From an uncultured beta proteobacterium (lineage in GTDB: Bacteria > Pseudomonadota > Gammaproteobacteria > Burkholderiales > Burkholderiaceae_F), in contig CAWKAP010000005.1 in the NCBI GenBank assembly GCA_963847675.1, positions 292,611 through 356,610 of the forward strand: 64,000 bases of DNA. Direction: 5' to 3'. A model generated the notes under the pieces. The model made no database searches. It was not told where the DNA came from and saw nothing but the letters and a program-made list of their open reading frames with translations. The translations under genes and the position numbers were made by a program. The stretch's first letter is position 1, and each line of letters begins with the position of its first letter. Below, one piece after another: positions 23,392-36,240 of this stretch.

Positions 23392-23400
23392 GGGCGGCCG

Positions 23401-24285
23401 ATGAACAAGATCATTGCCACCGTCATCGGACTGATCGTCGCGGCAGTCATTTTCCGCGCCAGCACCTTCGTCGTCGACCAGCGCCAGTACGCGATCCTCT
23501 TCCAGCTCGGTCAGATCAAGGAGGTGCACGCCGAGCCTGGACTGAAGTTCAAGATCCCGCTGATCCAGAACGTCGTCTACCTGGACCGCCGGATCCTGAC
23601 CATCGATACGCCGCAGGCCGACCGGGTCCAGACCTCGGAGAAGAAGAACATGCTGGTCGACTCGTTCGTCAAATGGCGGATCTCCGACCCGCGCCGCTAC
23701 TTCGTGAGCTTTCAGGGGCTCGAGCGCGCTGCCGAGGAGCGCATCAACTCGCTGGTTCGCGATGCGCTGAACCGGGCGGTGAACCGGCGCACGGTCAACG
23801 ACATCACGTCGCTCGAGCGCGACGTCGCGATGGAAGAGATCAAGGTCAGCGTGCAGGAGCGCGTGCGTGACGTCGGCGTCGAGATTGTCGACGTGCGACT
23901 GAAGCGGGTCGAGTTCGTGCCGGAGATCAACGAGGACGTGTTCCGCCGCATGCAGTCGGAGCGCAAGCGCGTTGCCACCGAGCAGCGCTCGATCGGTGCT
24001 GCCGAGGGCGAGAAGATCCGCGCCGATGCCGACCGGCAGCGCGAGGTCCTGCTGTCCGAGGCCTATCGCGACGCGGAGAAGATCAAGGGCGAGGGCGACG
24101 CGCGTGCCTCGGCGATCTATGCGCAGGCTTTCGGACAGAATCCGGAGTTCTTCACCTTCTACCGCAGCCTCGAGGCATACCGGGAGAGTTTCCGCGGGCG
24201 CAACGACGTGCTGGTGATCGATCCTTCATCGGACTTCCTGAAGTACCTTAGGACACCGGTGCCCGGCCGCGCGCCGACGCGCTGA
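23401..24285 (+). CDS. hflC: FtsH protease modulator HflC (SPFH/band-7)
   Basis: An N-terminal TM segment, then FVVDQRQYAILFQLGQI and an SPFH domain. 294 aa. Confidence 0.95.
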   Translation: MNKIIATVIGLIVAAVIFRASTFVVDQRQYAILFQLGQIKEVHAEPGLKFKIPLIQNVVYLDRRILTIDTPQADRVQTSEKKNMLVDSFVKWRISDPRRYFVSFQGLERAAEERINSLVRDALNRAVNRRTVNDITSLERDVAMEEIKVSVQERVRDVGVEIVDVRLKRVEFVPEINEDVFRRMQSERKRVATEQRSIGAAEGEKIRADADRQREVLLSEAYRDAEKIKGEGDARASAIYAQAFGQNPEFFTFYRSLEAYRESFRGRNDVLVIDPSSDFLKYLRTPVPGRAPTR

Positions 24286-24470
24286 TGTGGACCACCCTCG
24301 GGCTGGCCTTCGCCATGATGCTCGTGTTCGAGGGCCTGCTGCCGCTGTTCGCGCCCGCATCGTGGCGCGACGTGTTCCGCCGCGTGACCGAACTGACCGA
24401 TGGCCAGATCCGTTTCTTCGGGCTGGTTTCGGTGCTGGTCGGCGTGGTGCTGGCTGCGCTGTTCGCCTGA
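24285..24470 (+). CDS. small membrane protein, YjeT/DUF2065-like
   Basis: 61 aa with two hydrophobic segments (LAFAMMLVFEGLLPLFAP and FFGLVSVLVGVVLAALF). It lies immediately after hflC, as yjeT does in E. coli. The family name is from memory. Confidence 0.72.
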   Translation: MWTTLGLAFAMMLVFEGLLPLFAPASWRDVFRRVTELTDGQIRFFGLVSVLVGVVLAALFA

Positions 24471-24555
24471 AATCGGAAGCACAATAGCGGCCGTGGGCGG
24501 CGACGTCGCGCCGGGGGTGCGCCGAGCAAGCGAGTCGCTGACAACGAGAACAGAC

Positions 24556-27654
<3,099 letters not shown>

Positions 27655-27683
27655 GGCTCGCCGTGGCGCAAGTAAAATGGCAA

Positions 27684-27703
27684 CGGCCTGCGTATGCAGG
27701 CCG
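27684..27703. terminator. short GC hairpin between convergent PRTase gene and tRNA-Leu (possible bidirectional terminator)
   Basis: cggcctgc-gtat-gcaggccg forms an 8-bp stem. Only weak T/A tracts lie on either side. Confidence 0.45.
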
Positions 27704-27712
27704 CTTTGATCA

Positions 27713-27797
<85 letters not shown>

Positions 27798-27891
27798 ACG
27801 GGCGAGGCGCGCATTCTAATTGCGGGCCCCTGCATGTCAAATTGACCGGCTGCATCGATGCAGCCGGCAACGGCCCGCCGGAACGAACAAT

Positions 27892-30297
27892 TTGAAGAAG
27901 AACGGTACAGATCCTGAAACGATCCTCGCGGCGCTCAGCGAGGCGCGCGGGCCGATGACGCCGGCCGAACTGGCCGGGCGCCTCGAGGTCGGCGAGCATG
28001 GCGCCAGGTTCGAGGCCGCGCTCACCGAGCTCGAACACGCCGGCCGCATCGTGCGCAACCGCGCCGGACTGCTGCTGGTTGCGGCGCGCGCGAACCTGCT
28101 GTCCGGCAAGGTGCAGGGGCATCGCGACGGCTACGGCTTCCTGATTCGCGATGACGCCGGGCCGGATCTCGTGCTGCCCGAGCACGAGATGAGCCGGGTG
28201 CTGCACGGCGACCGCGTGCTGGCGCGACCGGCGGGGCAGGATCGCCGCGGCCGGCCGCTCGGCGAGATCGTCGAGGTGATCGAGCACCGCACCAATCGCC
28301 TCGTCGGACGGCTGCTGAACGAGCGCGGCGTCACGATCGTCGTGCCGGAGGACCAGCGGATCAGCCACGACATCCTCGTCCCGCCCGGAGCGGTGGCGGG
28401 CGCCGAGCACGGGCAGGTCGTCGTCGTCGAGATCGTTCAGCAGCCGCAGCGGCACGTAGAGCCGGTCGGGCGGGTGATCGAGGTGCTGGGCGCCATCGAC
28501 GATCCAGGCATGGAAATCGAGATCGCGGTGCGCAAGTTCGCCGTGCCGCACGAGTTTCCGGCGGCGGCGCTGGCGGCAGCGGAGGAACTGCCCGGACACG
28601 TCGAGCCAGGCGATCTTGCGGGTCGGGTCGACCTGCGCGACATCCCGCTGGTGACGATCGACGGCGAGGACGCGCGGGATTTCGACGATGCCGTCTACTG
28701 CGAGCCGATGAACGAGCGACGCACGCGATGGCGGCTGCTCGTCGCCATCGCCGACGTCAGCCACTATGTGCACGCCGGCAGCGCGCTCGACGCGGAGGCA
28801 CAGAGCCGCTCGACCTCGGTGTACTTCCCGCGGCGCGTGATTCCGATGCTGCCGGAAAAGCTCTCCAACGGCCTGTGTTCGCTGAATCCGAGGGTCGATC
28901 GGCTGGTGATGGTCGCCGACATGGTGATCTCGGCGCGCGGCTCGGTCACGGCATACCAGTTCTACCCGGCCGTGATGCACTCGCATGCACGCCTCACCTA
29001 CACGGAAGTGTGGGAGGCGCTGTCGGTGCCCGACAGCCGCGCCGCACAGCGGCTTGCGCCAATCATGCCGCAGCTCGCCGGCCTGCACGACCTCTATCGC
29101 ATTCTGGCGAAGGCGCGTGCCGCCCGCGGCGCGCTGGAACTGGAAACGACCGAGACCTACATCGTCTGCGACGTGCACGGACGGATCGAAAAGATCCTGG
29201 CGCGGACGCGCAATGACGCGCACCGGCTGATCGAGGAGATGATGCTCGCGGCCAACGTCTGCGCGGCCGACCTGCTCGCCCGGCACAAGCATCCGGCGCT
29301 GTTTCGCGTCCACGAGGGGCCGACGCCGGAGAGGCTGGAAAACCTGCGCACGCTGCTGAAGGCGCTCGGCCTGAGCCTGGCGGGAGGCGACGCGCCTCAG
29401 CCGAAGGACTTCGCCGACCTGCTCAAGCGCATCGCCGGCCGCCCCGACGTGCAACTGCTGCAGACCGTACTGCTGCGAACGATGCAGCAGGCCGTCTACA
29501 GCCCGCATAACGTGGGCCATTTCGGCCTCGCCTATCACGCCTACACGCACTTCACCTCGCCGATCCGCCGCTATCCCGACCTGCTGGTGCATCGCGCGAT
29601 CAAGGCGGTGCTGCACTCGACCGTCTACGAGCCTCAGCTGCTGGCGGCCGTCGACGTGCAGGACGTGCCGCGCGCGGCGCGCCGGCACGCGGCGCGCGAC
29701 GCGGCCGCCCGCGTGGCGGTGCCGCTGTGGGAAAAGCTCGGCCTGCTGTGTTCTGCCAACGAGCGGCGCGCCGACGATGCGTCGCGCGACGTCGAGGCCT
29801 GGCTGAAGAGCTACTACATGCGTGAGCGGGTCGGCGAGACATACGCCGGAACGGTGAGCGCGGTGGTGCCGTTCGGCATCTTCGTGGTGCTCGACGACCT
29901 GTTCGTCGAGGGCCTGGTTCACGTGTCGGAACTCGGCAGCGAGTACTTCCAGTTCAGCGAGCCGATGCACGAACTGCGCGGCGAGCGCACCGGTCTGCGC
30001 TACCGGCTGGCCGACCGGGTCTCCGTGCAGGTCGCCCGCGTCGACCTCGAGGCGCGGCGCATCGATTTCCGGCTGGTGCGAGGCGTCGACCGCAAGTCGC
30101 TCCTCGCCGCCGAGCCGGCGAAGTCGAAGGCGCCGCGCCGCAAGGGCGAAAGCGTGGAGGAACGCCAGGCCCGCCGCGCCGCCGCGCAGGCGCGTCACGG
30201 CCGTGACGCCGACAAGCGCGAAAAGGCGCATGTCGGAGGCAAGAAGGGCGTCGGTGGCGAGCGCGCGGCGCGGGCACGTCGCCGCGGGCGGACGTGA
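27892..30297 (+). CDS. rnr: ribonuclease R
   Basis: N-terminal HTH-like region, cold-shock-like domains (GKVQGHRDGYGFL), an RNB domain (TIDGEDARDFDDAV...YFPRRVIPMLPEKLSNGLCSLNP...HFGLAYHAYTHFTSPIRRYPDLLVHR), an S1 domain (GTVSAVVPFGIFVVL) and a Lys/Arg-rich tail. I prefer TTG 27892 (MKKNGTDPETIL...). The track start, TTG 27820, adds 24 non-conserved residues. Confidence 0.95.
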   Translation: MKKNGTDPETILAALSEARGPMTPAELAGRLEVGEHGARFEAALTELEHAGRIVRNRAGLLLVAARANLLSGKVQGHRDGYGFLIRDDAGPDLVLPEHEMSRVLHGDRVLARPAGQDRRGRPLGEIVEVIEHRTNRLVGRLLNERGVTIVVPEDQRISHDILVPPGAVAGAEHGQVVVVEIVQQPQRHVEPVGRVIEVLGAIDDPGMEIEIAVRKFAVPHEFPAAALAAAEELPGHVEPGDLAGRVDLRDIPLVTIDGEDARDFDDAVYCEPMNERRTRWRLLVAIADVSHYVHAGSALDAEAQSRSTSVYFPRRVIPMLPEKLSNGLCSLNPRVDRLVMVADMVISARGSVTAYQFYPAVMHSHARLTYTEVWEALSVPDSRAAQRLAPIMPQLAGLHDLYRILAKARAARGALELETTETYIVCDVHGRIEKILARTRNDAHRLIEEMMLAANVCAADLLARHKHPALFRVHEGPTPERLENLRTLLKALGLSLAGGDAPQPKDFADLLKRIAGRPDVQLLQTVLLRTMQQAVYSPHNVGHFGLAYHAYTHFTSPIRRYPDLLVHRAIKAVLHSTVYEPQLLAAVDVQDVPRAARRHAARDAAARVAVPLWEKLGLLCSANERRADDASRDVEAWLKSYYMRERVGETYAGTVSAVVPFGIFVVLDDLFVEGLVHVSELGSEYFQFSEPMHELRGERTGLRYRLADRVSVQVARVDLEARRIDFRLVRGVDRKSLLAAEPAKSKAPRRKGESVEERQARRAAAQARHGRDADKREKAHVGGKKGVGGERAARARRRGRT

Positions 30298-30308
30298 CAG
30301 GAAAGGTC

Positions 30309-31061
30309 ATGGGCGCAACGCGCGTGGTGACTGGTTTTCATGCGGTGACCGCTCGCCTGCGCCATGCGCCCGAGTCGATCGAGGCGCTCTACGTGGACGG
30401 CCAGCGCCGTGATGGACGCATGCAGCAGCTGCTGGTGCGCGCCGAGTCCGCCGGCGTGCGGGTGACCGTTGCCGACGCGGCGCGATTGCAGCGGCTGGCG
30501 GCCGGATCGACGCATCAGGGCGTGGTCGCGGTGTGCCGCGAGGTCGCGGTAGCCCGCACGCTCGACGACATCCTCGCCGGCGCCGATGCCCGGACCTTGC
30601 TGCTCCTGCTCGACGGCGTGACGGATCCGCGCAACCTCGGCGCCTGCATGCGGGCGGCCGATGCGGCTGGCGCACAGGCGGTGATCGTTCCGCGCGACCG
30701 TTCGGCCAACCTGACGCCCGTCGTGGCCGGCGCGGCTGCAGGTGCGGCGGAAACGCTGCCTCTGCTTGCGGTGACCAATCTCGCCCGTGCGATGGAAGAG
30801 ATCCGCGAGGCAGGGGTGTGGATCGTCGGCGCCGCCGGCGAGGCGCAGCGCACGCTCTACGAAATCGACCTGACCGGACCGCTGGCCTGGGCGCTCGGCG
30901 CTGAAGGGCAGGGGCTGCGCCGCCTGACGCGCGAGAAATGCGACTGGCTCGCGCGCATCCCGATGCACGGCCACGTCGACAGCCTGAACGTCTCGGTCGC
31001 CACGGGCGTCTGCCTCTTCGAGACGGCGCGCCAGCGCGCGGCCAAGGGGGCCGCGGCGTGA
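30309..31061 (+). CDS. rlmB: 23S rRNA (guanosine2251-2'-O)-methyltransferase RlmB (SpoU/TrmH family)
   Basis: An RlmB-like N-terminal domain followed by SpoU motifs ([59 protein letters not shown]). ATG 30309 has an AGGAAAGG Shine-Dalgarno. GTG 30294, which overlaps the rnr stop, is the alternative. Confidence 0.9.
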   Translation: MGATRVVTGFHAVTARLRHAPESIEALYVDGQRRDGRMQQLLVRAESAGVRVTVADAARLQRLAAGSTHQGVVAVCREVAVARTLDDILAGADARTLLLLLDGVTDPRNLGACMRAADAAGAQAVIVPRDRSANLTPVVAGAAAGAAETLPLLAVTNLARAMEEIREAGVWIVGAAGEAQRTLYEIDLTGPLAWALGAEGQGLRRLTREKCDWLARIPMHGHVDSLNVSVATGVCLFETARQRAAKGAAA

Positions 31062-31822
31062 AGGAGGGCGGGCCTCAGGCCGCGCGCGAACTGCTGAACG
31101 GCGCGCGCCGGCTGGCCGTGCTTACCGGCGCAGGCATGTCGGCCGAGAGCGGCGTGCCGACGTTTCGCGACGCGCAGACCGGCCTTTGGAGCCGGTTCGA
31201 CGCAATGCAGCTCGCCTCGCCGGAGGGCTTCCGCGCCGATCCTGCGCTGGTCTGGCGCTGGTATGCGTGGCGGCGCGAAATGGTCGCGAAGGCCGCGCCC
31301 AACGACGGTCATCGGGCGCTCGCTCAGGCGCAGGCGGGAGGCCGGTTCGAATCGCTCGATGTCGTCACGCAGAACGTGGACGGGCTGCACCAGCGCGCCG
31401 GCAGCGCCGACGTGATCGAATTGCACGGAAACATCGTCCGCTCGCGCTGCCTGGCCGAGTGCGGCGTCGCCTACGCTCGGCCGCAGGACCTTCCGTCCGG
31501 CGAGCCGCCGCGCTGCCCTGCCTGCGGCGACTGGCTGCGCCCCGACGTCGTCTGGTTCGGCGAGATGCTCGACCCCGAGTCGCTGCGGGCGGCCGAGGAG
31601 ACGTGCACCGGCGCCGACGTACTGCTGGTGGTCGGTACCTCGGGGCTGGTTTATCCGGCGGCCGCGCTGCCGGCAGCCGCCCGCCGGACAGGCGTGCGGG
31701 TGATCATCGTCAATCCGCATCCTTCCGAAATCGACCCGGCGGCACACCTTGTCGTGCGCGGCACGGCGGCTCGCGTGCTTCCGGCGCTGCTCTTCGGGGT
31801 ACCGGAGTCGCCGGCGGGTTGA
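31058..31822 (+). CDS. cobB: NAD-dependent protein deacylase (Sir2/CobB family)
   Basis: [29 protein letters not shown], and zinc-ribbon Cys pairs (CLAEC...CPACG), followed by [10 protein letters not shown] and [12 protein letters not shown]. The GTG start overlaps the rlmB stop (GTGA). Confidence 0.9.
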   Translation: MKEGGPQAARELLNGARRLAVLTGAGMSAESGVPTFRDAQTGLWSRFDAMQLASPEGFRADPALVWRWYAWRREMVAKAAPNDGHRALAQAQAGGRFESLDVVTQNVDGLHQRAGSADVIELHGNIVRSRCLAECGVAYARPQDLPSGEPPRCPACGDWLRPDVVWFGEMLDPESLRAAEETCTGADVLLVVGTSGLVYPAAALPAAARRTGVRVIIVNPHPSEIDPAAHLVVRGTAARVLPALLFGVPESPAG

Positions 31823-31914
31823 GGTGGCCGGCTGCGACCGGCTACAATGCGCGGCTTTTCGCCCTTGCCGCACCCGAACGACGCTCGGGGCGGCTTCATC
31901 CACAAGGAGCATCG

Positions 31915-32283
31915 ATGCGTCATTACGAAATCTGTTTCATCGTCCATCCGGACCAGAGCGAGCAGGTCCCGGCCATGCTCGAGCGCTACCAGTCGCTGAT
32001 CGCGAGCCAGGGCGGCAAAGTGCATCGGGTCGAGGACTGGGGGCGCCGCCAGCTGGCGTATCCGATCCAGAAGCTGGTCAAGGCCCACTACCTGCTGCTG
32101 AACATCGAGTGCGGCAAGCCGACCCTCGACGAGCTCGAGCACGCGTTCCGCTACAACGACGCGGTGCTGCGGCATCTCACCATCGGCACGAAGAAGGCGG
32201 AGACCACGCCGTCGCCGATGATGAAGCTGGTCGAGAAGGAAGAGGCGCGCAAGGCGGCGGCCGAGCAGCCGCAGCCCGCCTGA
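31915..32283 (+). CDS. rpsF: 30S ribosomal protein S6
   Basis: [25 protein letters not shown]...[15 protein letters not shown] with an acidic/Ala-rich tail. Confidence 0.97.
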   Translation: MRHYEICFIVHPDQSEQVPAMLERYQSLIASQGGKVHRVEDWGRRQLAYPIQKLVKAHYLLLNIECGKPTLDELEHAFRYNDAVLRHLTIGTKKAETTPSPMMKLVEKEEARKAAAEQPQPA

Positions 32284-32371
32284 GCGCGCCGCCGGGCCGC
32301 TGCTGGCAGCGTCAAGCCGTCGAACTCAGCTGGGCCGATAGCCCGATGAGCGGCGCAGCCGGACAACGCCA

Positions 32372-32665
32372 TTGACGAACCGGGTGCGTCTGCGCGCAAC
32401 GCTGGTGGCCCGTGCCGATCTTCGCTACACGCCAGCGGGCGTCATGGTCCTGCAGGCCGGGCTGAGGCACGAGGGCGCGGTGGCCGAGGCAGGGATCGAG
32501 CGGCAGCTCGAGTTCGAACTCGAAGCGATCGCGATAGGCGATGCAGCGCAGCGGCTCGAGCGCCAGGCGCTGGGATCCGAAATCGAACTGGACGGGTTCC
32601 TGGCGCCGCGAAGCAGGAGATCGCGCAGCCTGACACTGCACATCACGGAATTCAAGACAATCTGA
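32372..32665 (+). CDS. priB: primosomal replication protein N (PriB)
   Basis: A 97-aa OB-fold-sized protein ([31 protein letters not shown]...) in the invariant rpsF-priB-rpsR slot. TTG start. Confidence 0.85.
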   Translation: MTNRVRLRATLVARADLRYTPAGVMVLQAGLRHEGAVAEAGIERQLEFELEAIAIGDAAQRLERQALGSEIELDGFLAPRSRRSRSLTLHITEFKTI

Positions 32666-32681
32666 GCGGAGCACGAGAGAA

Positions 32682-32966
32682 ATGGCATTCATGCGTGGCA
32701 AGGGAAAAGGCAAGGGCAAGCCGGTCCGTCGCGGCCAGCAGCAGAACGCGCTGTTCAAGCGCAAGAAGTTCTGCCGCTTCACGGCCGAAGGCGTGGAGGC
32801 GATCGACTACAAGGACGTCGACACGCTGCGCGACTTCCTCACCGACCAGAACCGGATCATGCCGGCGCGGCTGACCGGTACCAAGTCGCACTATCAGCGC
32901 CAGCTCGACACGGCGATCAAGCGCGCAAGGTTCCTGGCGCTGCTGCCGTACTCGGACAACCACTAG
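32682..32966 (+). CDS. rpsR: 30S ribosomal protein S18
   Basis: [66 protein letters not shown]. Confidence 0.97.
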   Translation: MAFMRGKGKGKGKPVRRGQQQNALFKRKKFCRFTAEGVEAIDYKDVDTLRDFLTDQNRIMPARLTGTKSHYQRQLDTAIKRARFLALLPYSDNH

Positions 32967-32985
32967 CGCGTCGCCGGAGCGAGTC

Positions 32986-33438
32986 ATGCAAGTCATTCTT
33001 CTGGAAAAGATCTCCAATCTGGGCGGGCTCGGCGACGTGGTGAAGGTCCGCAACGGTTTCGCCCGCAACTTCCTGATTCCGCAGGGCAAGGCCAAGCGGG
33101 CGACCGACTCCGCGATCAAGGAGTTCGAGGCGCGCCGCGCGGATCTGGAGCAGGCGCAGGCTGAAAAGCTGGCCCAGGCGCAGGCCATCGGCGAGAAGCT
33201 CACGGGCCTCGTGTGCAAGATCGCGATGAAGGCCGGCGTCGACGGCCGCCTGTTCGGCTCGGTGACGAATCACGACATCGCGGAGGCGCTGCGCAAGCAG
33301 GGCTTCGACGTGGCCAAGGGCCTGATCCGCCTGCCCGAAGGGCCGCTGAAGGCGGTCGGCGAGCACCACGTCGCGGTCGTCCTGCACAGCGACGTGGTGG
33401 CCGACATCACCGTCGCCGTGGTTGCCGAGCAGGCGTAG
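32986..33438 (+). CDS. rplI: 50S ribosomal protein L9
   Basis: [36 protein letters not shown], 150 aa. Confidence 0.97.
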   Translation: MQVILLEKISNLGGLGDVVKVRNGFARNFLIPQGKAKRATDSAIKEFEARRADLEQAQAEKLAQAQAIGEKLTGLVCKIAMKAGVDGRLFGSVTNHDIAEALRKQGFDVAKGLIRLPEGPLKAVGEHHVAVVLHSDVVADITVAVVAEQA

Positions 33439-33530
33439 CGTCGGCTGCGCCGGCCCGCCGTGCCGGACGCGCCTCCGACGGGGCTGTCTGCGCGGCGGCG
33501 CTAAACTGCATCGACAATGATGGAGCGTCG

Positions 33531-34913
33531 ATGAATTCCCCCGTCGCGGACCCTCAACTCACCTCCGTCCGCACGCCCCCGAATTCGATCGAGGCCGAGC
33601 AGTCCGTTCTCGGTGGGCTGCTGCTGGACAACTCCGCGTGGGACCGCGTCGCCGACCTGGTCACGGTCGGCGACTTCTACCGGCATGACCACCGGATCAT
33701 CTTCCAGGCGATCGCCAAGCTGATCGACCACTCGCGGCCGGCGGACGTGGTGACCGTCTACGAGTCGCTGCAGGGTGCCGGCAAGGCCGAGGAAGCGGGC
33801 GGCCTGGCGTACCTGAATGCGTTGGCGCAGAACACGCCGTCGGCGGCAAATATCCGTCGCTACGGGGAGATCGTCCGCGACCGCTCGGTGCTGCGGCGGC
33901 TGGTCTCGGCCGGCGACGAGATCGCCACCAGCGCGCTCAATCCGCAGGGTCGCGAAACGAAGACGATTCTCGACGAGGCGGAATCGAAGGTCTTTCGCAT
34001 TGCCGAGGAGGGGGCGCGCGGACGTCAGGGATTCGTCGAGATCGAGCCGCTGCTGACCCGGGTGGTCGAGCGGATCAACGAACTGTTCGAGCGCGCGAAC
34101 CCATCGGACGTGACCGGCGTGCCGACCGGCTTCGTCGACGTGGACCGGATCACGTCGGGCCTGCAGCCGGGTGACCTCATCATCGTGGCCGGCCGCCCGT
34201 CGATGGGCAAGACCGCCTTTGCGCTGAACGTGGGCGAGCACGTGGCGATCGACCAGGGCCTGCCGGTGGCCGTGTTTTCGATGGAGATGGGCGCGCAGCA
34301 GCTGGCGCTGCGCATGCTCAGTTCGGTCGGACGCATCAACCAGCAAAGGTTGCGCACCGGACGGCTGGAGAACGACGACTGGCCGAAGCTTTCTGAGACG
34401 ATCCGCCGGATGCAGGATGCCCCGCTGTACATCGACGAGACGCCGGCGCTCAATTCGCTCGAGCTTCGTGCGCGGGCGCGACGGCTGGCGCGCACCTGCG
34501 GCAGGCTGGGCCTGATCGTCGTTGACTACCTGCAGCTGATGTCGGCGTCGAGCATGGGCGAGAATCGCGCCACCGAGATCTCGGAGATCTCGCGCTCGCT
34601 GAAGGCATTGGCCAAGGAACTGCAGGTGCCGGTGGTCGCCCTGTCGCAGCTGAACCGCACCGTCGAGCAGCGCGCCGACAAGCGCCCGGTGATGAGCGAC
34701 CTGCGCGAGTCCGGCGCGATAGAGCAGGACGCGGACGTGATCCTCGCCCTGTACCGGGAGGAGCACTACTCCCCCGATACGACCGAGAAGGGCGTCGCCG
34801 AGGTGCTGGTCCTCAAGCAGCGCAATGGGCCCACCGGGCGCATCAACCTGCGCTTCGCCGGCGAGCACACCCGGTTCGACAATCTCGCGCAGGGCGTGCA
34901 GACGCCGTTCTGA
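33531..34913 (+). CDS. dnaB: replicative DNA helicase DnaB
   Basis: PPNSIEAEQSVLGGLLLDN, Walker A GRPSMGKTAFALNV, VFSMEMGAQQLALRML, IVVDYLQLM, EISRSLKALAKELQVPVVALSQLNR and SDLRESGAIEQDADV. I chose the internal ATG at 33531. Confidence 0.98.
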   Translation: MNSPVADPQLTSVRTPPNSIEAEQSVLGGLLLDNSAWDRVADLVTVGDFYRHDHRIIFQAIAKLIDHSRPADVVTVYESLQGAGKAEEAGGLAYLNALAQNTPSAANIRRYGEIVRDRSVLRRLVSAGDEIATSALNPQGRETKTILDEAESKVFRIAEEGARGRQGFVEIEPLLTRVVERINELFERANPSDVTGVPTGFVDVDRITSGLQPGDLIIVAGRPSMGKTAFALNVGEHVAIDQGLPVAVFSMEMGAQQLALRMLSSVGRINQQRLRTGRLENDDWPKLSETIRRMQDAPLYIDETPALNSLELRARARRLARTCGRLGLIVVDYLQLMSASSMGENRATEISEISRSLKALAKELQVPVVALSQLNRTVEQRADKRPVMSDLRESGAIEQDADVILALYREEHYSPDTTEKGVAEVLVLKQRNGPTGRINLRFAGEHTRFDNLAQGVQTPF

Positions 34914-34930
34914 ACCTTCCGCAGGGCGCG

Positions 34931-35614
34931 ATGAACGTGTTCTTCGTTGCCGAACGTCGCGAGGGGGCCAGCCGCTGGCGGCCGCTGCTGCGGCGCCTGC
35001 GCCCGCGCGGCGCACGCCTGTTCGAGCTTCTCGACCGGCACGGCGGATTGTGCAGCGAGGCGCTGCGGGCGATGGTCGGGCTGCTGGGCGATCTTTCCGA
35101 TCCGGATCGCCGCGTCCGGGAGATCGAGGCGCTGGAAAAGCGTGCCGATGCCGTGGTGGAGGAGTTCAGCGCCGCGCTGCGTCCGGCGTGGATGCCGCCG
35201 TTCCCGGCCCCCCTGCTGCTCGCGCTGGTCAACGACCTGGATGACATCATCGATCTCGTCGAGGATGCGGCGCAGTCGGTGCACCTGTACAACCTGACGC
35301 GCGCGACGCCGGAGGCGATCCGCCTGGCCGAACTGGCGGTGGCGAGCGGCGACCGGCTGCAGCAGGCGCTGCGCTGCCTCGCGCGGCCCGAAGCCACGCG
35401 ATCCGCAGCGGCGCTGTGCCGGGAGGTCGACGAGGCGGAGGCACAGGCCGACCACGTGATGCGCGCGGCGATGGCCAAGCTGTTCCGCGACGAGCCGGAC
35501 GCGCGCGAACTGGTCAAGCTCAAGGCGGTCTACGAACTGCTCGAGGGCCTCACCGACCGCTGCAAGGACGCAGCGCACCGCATCGAATCGCTGGTGCTGA
35601 AGTACGGCGGATGA
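34931..35614 (+). CDS. DUF47-family (PhoU-like four-helix, YkaA/TIGR00153-like) protein
   Basis: LFELLDRHGGLCSEALRAMVGLL...IEALEKRADAVVEEF...LVNDLDDIIDLVEDAA...EVDEAEAQADHVMRAAMAKLF...LKAVYELLEGLTDRCKDAAHRIESLVLK. The family is recalled from memory. The start may be misplaced by about 20 codons. Confidence 0.72.
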   Translation: MNVFFVAERREGASRWRPLLRRLRPRGARLFELLDRHGGLCSEALRAMVGLLGDLSDPDRRVREIEALEKRADAVVEEFSAALRPAWMPPFPAPLLLALVNDLDDIIDLVEDAAQSVHLYNLTRATPEAIRLAELAVASGDRLQQALRCLARPEATRSAAALCREVDEAEAQADHVMRAAMAKLFRDEPDARELVKLKAVYELLEGLTDRCKDAAHRIESLVLKYGG

Positions 35615-35684
35615 ACGCTGTTCTGCCGCTCCCGGCGAGGCCGCTTTCTTGCGGCGCGAAGTTGCGCCCTGCGAAGGAGGCCGC

Positions 35685-36164
35685 ATGAACACCGCGCTGT
35701 GGATTGTCGCGGTGCTGATGATCATTGTCGGCATCGCGGGGACCGTGCTGCCCGCGCTGCCCGGCGTGGTACTGGTTTTCGCCGGTATCGCGCTGGCCGC
35801 CTGGATCGACGGCTTCACGGTGATCTCAGGGTGGACCGTCGGCCTGCTGGCGGTGCTGACGGTGATCGGCATCGCGGTCGATTACGTCGCACAGTTGCTC
35901 TCGGCGCAGCGGGCGGGTGCCACCACGCTGGGCATCGCCGGCGCGGCCGTGGGCACCATCGTCGGCATCTTCACCGGCCTCATCGGTCTGCTGTTCATGC
36001 CGCTGCTGGGAGCGGCGATCGGCGAGTTCATCGCCCATCGCGACCTGTTGCGCGCCGGCCGGGTGGGCGCGGCGACCTGGGTTGGCCTGCTGGTGGGCGC
36101 GGTACTGAAGCTGGCCATCGTCTTCACGATGGCCGGCATCTTCGTCGCCGCGCTGCTTTTCTAG
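35685..36164 (+). CDS. small polytopic membrane protein (DUF456-like)
   Basis: 159 aa with four Gly/Ala-rich hydrophobic segments (WIVAVLMIIVGIAGTVLPALPGVVLVFAGIALAAW...). The family name is from memory. Confidence 0.62.
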   Translation: MNTALWIVAVLMIIVGIAGTVLPALPGVVLVFAGIALAAWIDGFTVISGWTVGLLAVLTVIGIAVDYVAQLLSAQRAGATTLGIAGAAVGTIVGIFTGLIGLLFMPLLGAAIGEFIAHRDLLRAGRVGAATWVGLLVGAVLKLAIVFTMAGIFVAALLF

Positions 36165-36240
36165 CCGTCGGCGAGCCGATCCGTGCCGGGTGTCCTGCCG
36201 GCGGAGCCGCGCGCGGCCGCTCCGCCGCCCGTCCTCTGAT

